A stretch of DNA of 64,000 nt from Nemertoderma westbladi (Eukaryota; Animalia; Xenacoelomorpha), in assembly GCA_032718475.1 (NCBI GenBank), contig JAUCBJ010001165.1, positions 13,460-77,459 of the forward strand, read 5' to 3'. The position numbers and the translations under genes were made by a program. Shown in pieces: positions 33,385-44,352 of the stretch (position 1 is the first letter of the stretch; each line of letters opens with the position of its first letter). A model generated the notes under the pieces. The model was given only the letters and a program-made list of their open reading frames with translations. It was not told the DNA's origin and did not search any database.

Positions 33385-34708
33385 TGTAAAAGCTTCTGTG
33401 GGATAGAACTGGCACTTAGCTCCGCAATCCAGTTATCTCCCCGTGCGCTCAAATACTCTAAAACCCTGCTGTGGAGTGTTTACGGAGATAATCCGTTCCC
33501 TGGCTCACAAAGTACCGTATATGTAAAAGCTTTGTGGGATGACTGGCTCGTTTGCCTTGCTAAACAGTTCCCCCCCCCCATCGCTGTGATACTCTCAAAG
33601 GGATCTGGCTTGAATGGCAAGCTGCCTGTTGGTTGGCTAGATTGCTCCTCCCTGGATGGAAGCTCTCAATAAGCCTGCCTGACATATCTGCCAATAAGAT
33701 TGGAGCTAGTTCTGATTTTGTCCAATACCAAGCTACTGAACTGAAAATCCGCTCTGTATGCTCCTAGGTTTCGCTTTTGATTAAAGTTCTTAGTTTTTCA
33801 TCATTCAGTCACGAGTTTTAGACTTCTAAGCGAGGAGTGTTATAAGATCGGTTCTGAGATGACGAAATGTTTTCTGCCTTTTGTACGAACATTGGTAGGC
33901 TAAATTATAGAAAGCATAACTGTTATCTTACTTAAATTAACAACTTACCATATTTCTCGTTCAATCACTTAATAACTCGACTCAATGCAACAATTTTATC
34001 TTAACCTACCGTCATACTGCTTTTACTGTTTGTAATTTTGTATCAGTATAATTGGATGTTATTATTTGAAGAATATCAATAATCAACCCACATTTTCCCA
34101 ATCTCCTTGATACACTACAGGTTAGAGAGAAGGGTTATGTACAACAATTGCGACTTTATTATTGTGTTTGTAGTGAATCTAATGTTGTTTGACAGACACT
34201 ACCTGAGTCCAGTGCATATCTCTTTATACCTGATCAAAGTCAGTAAATGTCGGCATACCAGTGAGCAGTATTGTGCGTTACCGGTAGCGTGAGTGATTGT
34301 AACGTGATTGGATCTGATAACAAAGCATTCCTAAAGAATGCGCCTTATGCTTGAAATATAAGCCCTATCGTTGTGTTTAATATAAGTCATAACTCTGTTT
34401 ACATAGGTAGAGCGCCACGTCCTAAAAGGAACTGCTAATATTTCCCGAAAGTGAATAATATTTGTCAGAGATTATATATTAGTGATAAATCGAATAATAC
34501 AGTAGGCTTGCCCGCAAATAAATTTAAGCCCACGAATCCAGTCTCCCGGTGTTATATAACGGGTCATTTGGACGCGCATGGACTGGCTTCGGCTAATGTT
34601 CTGACTTGTTTTTATATTAAATCTTGTCATCGTATAAAAGGCTATTTATCAATAAAGACATATAAATTTCGGCAGGTTAAACTGCGGAAGGTCTACAAAG
34701 CGCGTACA
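33385..34708 (+). repeat. 3' LTR of element B
   Basis: Direct repeat of 15781-17103. Confidence 0.97.
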
Positions 34709-34713
34709 GCCGG

Positions 34714-35081
34714 TGTTCTAAGCTGGGAAAAACGTCATTACTGAATCATGTGATTCTGCTGTACAGTTTTCATACAAAGAGGAAAATCTCTCTGATTGGT
34801 CGAACTGGCTGACCCAAACAAAGAACCAAAGCTCCTGGTAAAAAGCTCCACGTGTACAGCTCAGCTGTTAGCTGTCGTCATAGTAACTACACTGTTTCAA
34901 GAGGATTTAGCGTATTGCGTCATAGAATTGCTAGTTATGTAAAGTACACATACAGAAGAAATGGCTCTTTTATGTCCACTAAAACACCAGTACAGTAAGG
35001 ATACGGCTTTTTAGGCCTGTTAAACCAACTACAGAGTACTTTGCGGGGAAAATAACCAGCCAATTCCGCAAAAGTTTTACA
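34714..35081 (-). repeat. 5' LTR of element A, distal (U3) part
   Basis: Matches 3594-3967; ends in TTTTACA before the TSD. Confidence 0.95.
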
Positions 35082-37019
35082 CCTCCTGTGACACCGCCAT
35101 CACTTTCTAGGGTGCATGTTCTCCTGTTTCACCGCCATCACTTTCTAGGGGGCATGTCTGCTGTAACACTGCCATAACTTCCTAGGGGGGATGTCCTCCT
35201 GTGACACCGCCATCACTTTCTAGGGGGCATGTCCGCTGTGACACCGCCATCACTTTCTAGGGGGCATGTCCGCCTGTGACACCGCCATCACTTTCTAGGG
35301 TGCATGTTCTCCTGTTTCACCGCCATCACTTTCTAGGGGGCATGTCCGCTGTAACACTGCCATCACTTTCTAGGGGGGATGTCCTCCTGTGACACCGCCA
35401 TCACTTTCTAGGGGGCATGTCCTCCTGTGACACTGCTATCACTTTCTAGGGGGCATGTCCTCCTGTGACACCGCCATCACTTTCTAGGGGGCATGTCCTC
35501 CTGTGACACTGCTATCACTTTCTAGGGGGCATGTCCTCCTGTGAAACCGCCATCACTTTCTAGGGGGCATGTCCTCCTGTGACACCGCCATCACTTTCTA
35601 GGGGGCATGTCCGCCTGTGACTCTGCCATCACTTTCTAGGAGGCATGTCCTCCTGTGACACCGCCATCACTTTCTAGGGGGCATGTCCTGCTGTGACACC
35701 GCCATTACTTTCTAGGGGGCATGTCCTCCTGTGACACCGCCATTACTTTCTAGGGGGCATATCCTCCTGTGACACCGCCATCACTTTCTAGGGGGCATGT
35801 CTGCTGTGACACTGCCATTACTTTCTAGGGGGCATGTCCTCCTGTGTCACCGCCATCACTTTCTAGGGGGCATGTCCGCCTGTGACTCCGCCATCACTTT
35901 CTAGGGGGCATGTCCTCCTGTGACACCGCCATCACTTTCTAGGGGGCATGTCCGCCTGTGACTCCGCCATCACTTTCTAGGGGGCATGTCTGCCTATGAC
36001 TCCGCCATCACTTTCTATAGGGCATGTCCGCCTGTGACTCCGCCATCACTTTCTAGGGGGCATGTCCTCCTGTGACACCGCCATCACTTTCTAGGGGGCA
36101 TGTCCGCCTGTGACTCCGCCATCACTTTCTAGGGGGAATGTCCGCCTGTGTCACCGCCATCACTTTCTAGGGGGCATGTCCGCCTGTGACACCGCTATCA
36201 CTTTCTAGGGGGCATGTTCGCCTGTCACACCGCCATCACTTTCTAGGGGGCATGTACGCCTGTGACACCGCCATCACTTTCTAGGGGACATGTCCGCCTG
36301 TGACACCGCCATCACTTTCTAGGGGATATGTCTGCCTGTGACACCGCCATCACTTTCTAGGGGGCATGTCCGCCTGTGACTCCTCCATCACTTTCTAGGG
36401 GGCATGTCCGACTGTGACACCGCCATCACTTTCTAGGGGACATGTCCGACTGTGACACCGCCATCACTTTCTAGGGGACATGTCCGCCTGTGACTCTGCC
36501 ATCACTTTCTAGGGGGCATGTCCGCCTGTGACACCGCCATCACTTTCTAGGTGGCATGTCCGCCTGTGACTCCGCCATCACTTTCTAGGGGGCATGTCCG
36601 CCTGTGACACCGCCATCACTTTCTAGGGGCATGTCCGCCTGTGACTCCGCCATCACTTTCTAGGGGGCATGTCCGCCTGTGGCTCCGCCATCACTTTCTA
36701 GGAGGCATGTCCGCCTGTGACTCCGCCATCACTTTCTATGGGGAATGTCCGCCTGTGACACCGCCATCACTTTCTAGGGGGCATGCCTGCCTGTGACACC
36801 GTCATCACTTTCTAGGGGGCATGTCCGCCTGTGACACCGCCATCACTTTCTAGGGGGCATGTACGCCTGTGACACCGCCATCACTTTCTAGGGGACATGT
36901 CCGCCTGTGGCTCCGCCATCACTTTCTAGGGGGCATGTCCGCCTGTGACTCTGCCATCACTTTCTAGGGGGCATGTCCGCCTGTGACACCGCCATCACTT
37001 TCTAGGGGGCATGTCCGCA
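35082..37019. repeat. 38-bp tandem satellite, right part (about 51 copies)
   Basis: Same unit and same variant units (GGGTGCATGTTCTCCTGTTTCACC; CTGTAACACTGCC) as 1-1189. Confidence 0.98.
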
Positions 37020-38134
37020 GACCTTTAAACTATAGGAATTTTAAGTAAAATATTTTATAATGCGCGAGATTCTTTAATGTAGGGGGCCTATGTTCTTTCA
37101 TTTAATTTTAAACTTCTGTATTTCCAGGGGACCCCCATGGGAACGAGACATTGTCTCATGGGGCTATCCCCGACATCATGTTTCACTTATATTTTAGTAT
37201 AACTCGAACTACCGGTAGTAATCTCATGTGCAAGTCCGTCTTAAATTATGTATAAATTTGTTTCTCTGGATCGGTGTTTGTCTATACTCCATACCACATT
37301 TACTTTCGTATTGTTTTCATATTTTGATGTCAATAAAATAATTCCAATTCCAATTCCTAGCCATCTTTTTAACAAAATACTTAAAATTTCCGCTACAATC
37401 CTTTTGGTTTACCTATTCATGATAAATTTATTTGTTACCATAATAATTCCCTGTTCTAGAATCTTTTATTAGTTGCAGTTCCGTTGTAAAATAATACAGG
37501 TTTGCATTTTTATTTTTATATTTATGGTATTACTACCGTATGTTTACACCAAATTTAGGAAAATAATGCCAGTGTTTTGCTACGGAACATAAATTAATTT
37601 AAGTTAAATTGTTTTTCCTGGCTTATATTATAGTATTGTACATTTATTTTGACATATTCCATACAATCAAGACATTTTGGAATGTTTTTTATTATTAAAT
37701 GTTTAGTTTTCTACTTTATGAATAAAATAAACTCTAGCTAGTAAACAATTATTACATAATATATTTGATCTACCATGACTCGGTAAGTTTTCCTGGAAAA
37801 TTTATTTTATATTTGATTAGGATTAAAATATTTATTTTTTCAACTATAATTTTTTTCCTAGCTCGTAAAAAGTAGTAGCTGACTCAAAATTTAAAATACC
37901 ATCTACTTCTTACTACAATCTAACTGTTAGAAGGACAACTTTTTGTTTAAAAAACTCTGGCATTACATAAGGGCTTATGAAATTTTCAAATTTTGGTGTA
38001 AATATATTATAGTGATAAATATATTGATTGCAAATTTGCAAAAGACGAAAGATCTCAGAAGTCAGGAATTCTTACCGTTACGAATACAATTGATTAAATA
38101 ATTATTTGTACAAGTCTTGCTTCGCATTCGAACA

Positions 38135-39058
38135 ATGCCAGGTCTACCAGCTGTTGAAGAAATCGAAGTGGATGAAGTTCAGCTGCCGATCGCCCCTCAG
38201 CCGAACAACAACGCCAACCAATCAAACTGGCTGTGCCGAATGCTGCTGGATGATTGCGATAATCTAATGAAAGTTTTAGCCGCGGCAATAGGAATTCTTC
38301 TAGTTGCTCTAGTAACAGTAATCATACTGATGCTGTTACCGTCGGGAGCAGACGTGACGACCACAATCAGCTCAATAGGGGAAGCTGGATTAATCACCAT
38401 GACTACAATTACTTCAACGACAATCTCCACAATCACTTCAACAACAACCTCCATAGAGGACAAGTTTTATCACTCGTTTATTGAATGCATTGAGCTACCA
38501 TGTCATCTCTACGCTTATTCTAATATATGCTATAAAGCTACACAATCCGAGACCCAATATACCGTCGGTGGAGCTGATACCATTAAGTATCTATCCACCT
38601 CCAAGAGTCAACTCAGATGCGACGGAGGCTGGATTATATTCTACAGTCGCATCAACAACGACATTAACATCTGGGATGAAGATACTTCTAGTTACTACAG
38701 AGGATTTGGAGATCCCAACGGATCGTACTTCCTAGGAGTGCAAAATATCCATCTGCTGACAAAGGAGAAGGATTGTTACGTAAAGGTCGACATGGGTAAC
38801 TGGACGAGAATCTACAGCAACTTTACGGTGGGGGTTCTTTTTTTTAAGCTAAAGATAGCAAATTATACCAATCCACGTACTGCTGGGACCGCTGTTACCG
38901 GTGTATTGGATAATAGGGAATACGATCTAACGGTCCTGGATAACATAGAGTTTGACTCCGACAAAGTATGGTGGACTGGTGGAACTCATCCCAATAAATG
39001 GGAACTGCAGGAAAAAACATTAGAGATGAAACTTAAATGCAAGCCGAAACGAACCTAA
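38135..39058 (+). CDS. Intronless type II membrane protein with Thr/Ser-rich stalk and divergent fibrinogen-related domain (about 307 aa)
   Basis: First ATG at 38135; hydrophobic LAAAIGILLVALVTVIILMLL; TTITSTTISTITSTTTS; DGGWIIFYSR...YYRGFGDPNGSYFLGVQNIHLLT fibrinogen-type motif; AATAAA near 39076. Confidence 0.8.
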   Translation: MPGLPAVEEIEVDEVQLPIAPQPNNNANQSNWLCRMLLDDCDNLMKVLAAAIGILLVALVTVIILMLLPSGADVTTTISSIGEAGLITMTTITSTTISTITSTTTSIEDKFYHSFIECIELPCHLYAYSNICYKATQSETQYTVGGADTIKYLSTSKSQLRCDGGWIIFYSRINNDINIWDEDTSSYYRGFGDPNGSYFLGVQNIHLLTKEKDCYVKVDMGNWTRIYSNFTVGVLFFKLKIANYTNPRTAGTAVTGVLDNREYDLTVLDNIEFDSDKVWWTGGTHPNKWELQEKTLEMKLKCKPKRT

Positions 39059-39310
39059 AGAGTTCAAGTTCCAGAAATAAACAAACTGTACCGTAGCCCG
39101 TAACAGTAGGTGTTTCTGTAACAAACTAATATAATATTCTCTAATAGTAAGTAACAATAATAGAAACAGAAATAGTTCTACCAACATGTTTTAATAATAT
39201 CCTCTGAGTTACAATAAACAAATGAACGGCACTGCCGTAGGTCGTGTGGCCTCCGTTGGGAACGTCGGTTCCAGGAACCGCAGTAGGAATCCCATAAAGG
39301 ATAGATGGAA

Positions 39311-39900
39311 CCCGTAGACCCAACGGGTCACTCATGGGTTACATCCAACTAGTAGACCCAACGGGTAACCCATGGGTTACATCCAATCCTTAGACCCAAC
39401 GGGTAACCCGTGGGTTACATCCAACCAGTAGACCCAACGGGTAACCCATTGGTTACATCCAACTAGTAGACCCAACGAGTAACCCATGGGTTACATCCAA
39501 CTAGTAGACCCAACGGGTAACCCATGGGTTACATCCAACTAGTAGACCCAACGGGTAACCAATGGGTTACATCCAACCCATAGACCCAACGGGTAACCCA
39601 TGGGTTACATCCAACCAGTACAGCAGTGGACCCAACGGTAACCCATGGGTTACATCCAACTAGTAGACCCAACGGGTAACCAATGGGTTACATCCAACCC
39701 ATAGACCCAACGGGTAACCCATGGGTTACATCCAACCAGTACAGCAGTGGACCCAACGGTAACCCATGGGTTACATCCAACCCGTAGACCCAACGGGTAC
39801 CCTATGGGTTACATCCAACCCATAGACCCAACGGGTAACCCATGGGTTACATCCAACCAGTACAGCAGTAGACCCAACGGGTAACCCATGGGTTCCATTC
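39311..39900. repeat. Second 38-bp minisatellite with a perfect 16-bp palindrome (GTAACCCATGGGTTAC)
   Basis: AGACCCAACGGGTAACCCATGGGTTACATCCAACTAGT at 39316, 39354 and onward; about 15 copies, with a longer CAGCAGT variant recurring. Confidence 0.96.
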
Positions 39901-41247
39901 AACGAGACGCCCTCCGGCTGTTAAACCTAAAGGGTAGAAACAAATAATGTAGTTTATAAATAAATTAAGAGTTTATTATTGTTTCCGTAAGAATAATATA
40001 ATTCAGCTAATTGATATTAATATTATGGTACTTACCATTATTGGTTATTATATTTAGTCTCTTATCTTGAACTCAATAGGAAACAGATCGTAGATAATCG
40101 TTTGTGTCGTTCCCAGCAGGCAGCAGCGACTGCAATTTGGTTTCACAGAATAGGCCTATCGTGATTCTTTAATTTAATCTGACATCGACGATACAATATG
40201 TAGGAGATTCAACTGTAACTGTATGTAGGCCTATCAACAGTATCAAACTATGTGATACTAGAACTACAGAACTGCAGTCATAGTAATAATAGTTTGGTAC
40301 ACTGGTGTAGGCACAGAACCGGAGTGGAGAAACTGAAAGTAAATAGTACCGGTAGAACTAGGGAAGTGGTTACCTAAACCAAGGCCTAGCCTATCCCGGT
40401 AACAGAATGGAGAATGAATTGAATTGAGAAGGTTTATTTATTAATTAAGCAAGAATAAAATTAATTATTAAGTTAAAATTAAGTAAAAAATATAGTTACA
40501 TGAAATAGTATACTACAAAGTTAAACAGCAATAATGTGGCAAATAGTGGACCGCAGTAAATACGTATATTACCAGCCCGGCGTGTTGCTGCGGGGCGAAT
40601 CATGTTAGTGGGTGGAGCTGTTGTGGACGTCCATTAATGTGATGGTGCACTATTCATTTGTCTGACCATATATGGGATTGTTGAATTTCTATATCTTTCA
40701 GTTTTAGCTATTGGCGGTAACGTATTATATTATTGTCATTTCTGAGTTGCATTTGGTTTCTAATTTCAAATCGCAATGAAGGTAGTAAAGTATCTGTGGC
40801 GTAGATAAATTGTTTTTGCAGAATTTAAACAGAGTTTTTCGCGTCTGTCAGTATTGCATCATATAAGGCAACATCACCTCATATCATAAGCAACAATAAA
40901 TGGTAGTGATTGGATATTCCTACATGAACGGTATAGTGTTTATTAATAAATTTTGCGGGAATGATTTTACAATCGTGTCCGCTAAATTACAGTTCTAATA
41001 TGTAGTACAGTGCTTGTAATTTTGATTTTGTGTAAGATAGAACTTTTTTCATGATGTGATGTAGATACTTATTGTATTAAAATTATATACCGATTATAAT
41101 ATTAATAATTAATTAGAAATGGAGATCAAATTAACTAAATAAATGAATACGAGTCCATGTTCTCTATAACGAATACAAGTAAATGTTTTCTGATACATAA
41201 CGTCTAAAACTGTTGCGGGTCCTTACTCCCTCTCGCCTCTGATCCTA

Positions 41248-41578
<331 letters not shown>

Positions 41579-41829
41579 TTTTTAAAATTATAATTTAATC
41601 CACAATTATTTGTCTGGAATTATTAATGAGTCATAGTAGCTAGGAATTTTTAATAGATAGTTAGCGTACCAAGTAATTATTTACTAGCTAGTTTTTTTAT
41701 ACAATATATCGATGGCTGCCAAAATATCGTATTTTTTTAATTCGGCTTGAACAATTTTTCTTTTTTCAGTGTTCTAGAACAAAAAATTTTACAAAAAATT
41801 TAGAACAATTTATTTATTTAATATTATAT

Positions 41830-42089
41830 GTATTATACACTATTCTAGAGCATAAATAATACAAATGATATAATGTTCTAGAACATATAGTTAGTTATTT
41901 TTCAAATTTAGAATAGCTAGTAATACAAAAAAAATTATTATTTATACTATTTATTTATTAAAAATGTTATCTACCAAATTGGATATTTTTTTAAATTTAC
42001 TAGCTATTTCAAAATTAAAAAAAAACTAGCTATATGTTCTAGAACATTATATTTTTTATTTTATTTATGTTCTAGAATAGTATATAATA
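41830..42089. repeat. ~93-bp imperfect inverted repeat (foldback/MITE-like) rich in GTTCTAGAAC palindromes
   Basis: 41830-41923 is the approximate reverse complement of 41997-42089; TTCTAGA recurs about 8 times from 41770 to 42290. Confidence 0.8.
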
Positions 42090-42641
42090 CTTTTCTATTG
42101 TTCTAGAACTCTTCAATGTTGCCGTAGTAACAATGAGATATGTTTTAAAAATGCAGTTCTATACTAAACTCTAGCCCCAAAAAAGTGTTCTAGAACCTTA
42201 ATTGATAGCTAACATGTTCTAGGACTTTAAAAAGTAGCAAAAAATAGCTAGTTTAAAAAATTTATGATTTTTTTTTAATGTGTTCTAGAATACCAATATT
42301 CAACATCATTTTTTTTTGTGCTACAAACTGCAGTTAGTATAGGCCCTATAAGCTTTGATATTTAAGAAATATACTGAAGAAAGACTTTACAAACTAAAAT
42401 ATATTATGTTCAAGCAAGAATAGGTGCACATGTGAAGAATACCAGGATTTCACTTTTCGGTCGACCTTTCATTAGAATTTTATATATGAATATTATTTAT
42501 TTTTTTAAATTTATCATTATTAAGTGTTTTATACTGTAGCGCTTATTTCTGTCTTACTATATAACCTGAACATATACAAATTCGTTTATTTTTTGGTTAA
42601 TTAAATTCATCTCTTCTGTAATCTGTGTTTTTATTGAAAAC

Positions 42642-42819
42642 CTGGTATTCTTCACATGGGGGTAACTGCAAAGTGAAATATAACGGTAGAAAGTCTGGTA
42701 TTCTTCACATGGGGGTAACTGCAAAGTGAAATATAACGCTAGAAAGTCTGGTATTCTTCACATGGGGGTAACTGCAAAGTGAAATATAACGGTAGAAAGT
42801 CTGGTATTCTTCACATGGG
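42642..42819. repeat. 53-bp tandem repeat, about 3.4 copies
   Basis: CTGGTATTCTTCACATGG at 42642, 42695, 42748 and 42801; inverted copy of the motif at about 42429-42446. Confidence 0.93.
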
Positions 42820-42898
42820 CCAAGATTCCGTTGCTACACTGGGTAGAAATCGCCGAAAATAAATATAAAGGAAAATACCATATTGGTTTACTGTATAT

Positions 42899-43095
42899 TG
42901 AAGAGAGGTGGACAATACTGTAGGTGTGGTATCCGTGACAGTGTTATGGATTTGGGTGCAACGTGAAGAGAAGTGGACAATACTGTAGGTGTGGTATCCG
43001 TGACAGTGTTATGGATTTGGGTGCAACGTGAAGAGAGGTGGACAATACTGTAGGTGTGGTATCCGTGACAGTGTTATGGATTTGGGTGCAACGTG
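42899..43095. repeat. 65-bp tandem repeat, 3 copies
   Basis: GAAGAGA(G/A)GTGGACAATACTG at 42900, 42965 and 43030; ends next to the TSD of element C. Confidence 0.95.
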
Positions 43096-43100
43096 CAGCG

Positions 43101-44273
43101 TGTACGCGCTTTTGGAGACCTTTAGCAGTTTAACCTGCCAAAATTTATATGTCTTTAGTTGGTAAATTGACTTTATAAGATGACAAGATTTAATACAAAA
43201 TAAACACAACATTAGCCGAAGCCAGCCTGTGCGCGTTCATTCACCCGATGGTTACACCCGGGAGACTGGATTCGTATGCTTAGATTTATTGCAGTGAAGC
43301 CTACATGTATTATTCGATTGATCACTAATATATAATCTCTGGCAAATATTATTCACTTTCGGGAAATATTAGCAGTTCCTTTAGGACGTGGCGCTCTATC
43401 TATGTAAACAGAGCTATGACTTATACTACACACAACGATATGGCTTAGAATTCACGTATGAGACGCATTCTTTAGGAAATGCTTAGTTATCAATCACGAT
43501 CACAATCATACACACTACCGGTACCGCACAATACTGCTCACTGGTTTGCCGACAGTTACTGACTTTGATCACGTATAAAGAGAACAGCAATTGACTCATG
43601 TAGTGGCTACCAAATAGCATTATATTCACTACAAACCACGATAATATAAGTCGCAATTGTTATATATAGCCTGTCTCTCTAACCTGTAGTGCATCAAGAA
43701 AATTGGGAAATTTGGGTTATTTGTTGATATTCTCCAAATAATAACATCCAACTAACTGACACAAATAATTACAAACAGTAAAAGCAGTAAGACGGTAGGT
43801 TAAGATATGATACAATATAAAACGTGACTCGACCGAGTTGGAACGATGCGATATGATCGATAAGATAAGATAACAGTTATACGCTCTATAATCTAAGCAT
43901 ACTAATGTTTCTTATAAAGTCAGAAAACGAATTGATTCTATAGCCGGTGTTCCTGGCCTAGAATAAACCAACACACTGAACGATGATAGGAAAGAACTAT
44001 ATGAATACCAGCTACCCTTATTTTACAAAGGATCCCACCCACCACAGAGAATGAGCATACAGATAGGAAAATCAGTTCAGTAGATCTGTGATAGGTCAAA
44101 ATCAAAACCAACTCAAATCCTATTGGCAGATACAGAAAGCAGGGCTATGGGGCAACCTTCCTACAGGGAAGAGCAAATCAGCCAATCAACAGGTAGCTTG
44201 TACCATTCAAGCTAGAGATCCTTTTTTAGAGTATTCCAGTAAACGAATCAGTTATCCCACAAAAGCTTTTACA
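43101..44273 (-). repeat. 3' LTR of element C
   Basis: Direct repeat of 60230-61428 with a 26-bp deletion near 44240. Confidence 0.96.
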
Positions 44274-44352
44274 CCGCTCCCAGAAAATGGGATTTAAGTC
44301 TATAAAATATACAAAATCACAGTTTCTAAAATACAAAAAATACTCTAAACAG

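Larger units (their letters stand above)
15781..34708 (+). mobile_element. BEL/Pao LTR retrotransposon B, full length (18.9 kb), young, nested in the 5' LTR of A
   Basis: TGT...ACA ends; TSD GCCGG (15776-15780 / 34709-34713); LTRs of 1323 and 1324 bp with only about 3 differences seen by eye; intact gag-pol. Confidence 0.97.
1190..35081 (-). mobile_element. BEL/Pao LTR retrotransposon A, internally deleted (about 13.4 kb without nested inserts), inserted in the satellite
   Basis: TG...CA ends; two ~1.2-kb near-identical LTRs; 5-bp TSD with one mismatch (ACTCC 1185-1189 / CCTCC 35082-35086); satellite resumes in register at 35082; gag and protease homologous to element B. Confidence 0.93.

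Noticed and set aside
37132-37165. Hairpin CCCCAT...GAGACATTGTCTC...ATGGGG as a Helitron 3' end
   Set aside because: No CTRR terminus at the expected distance and no second copy in the window to define boundaries.
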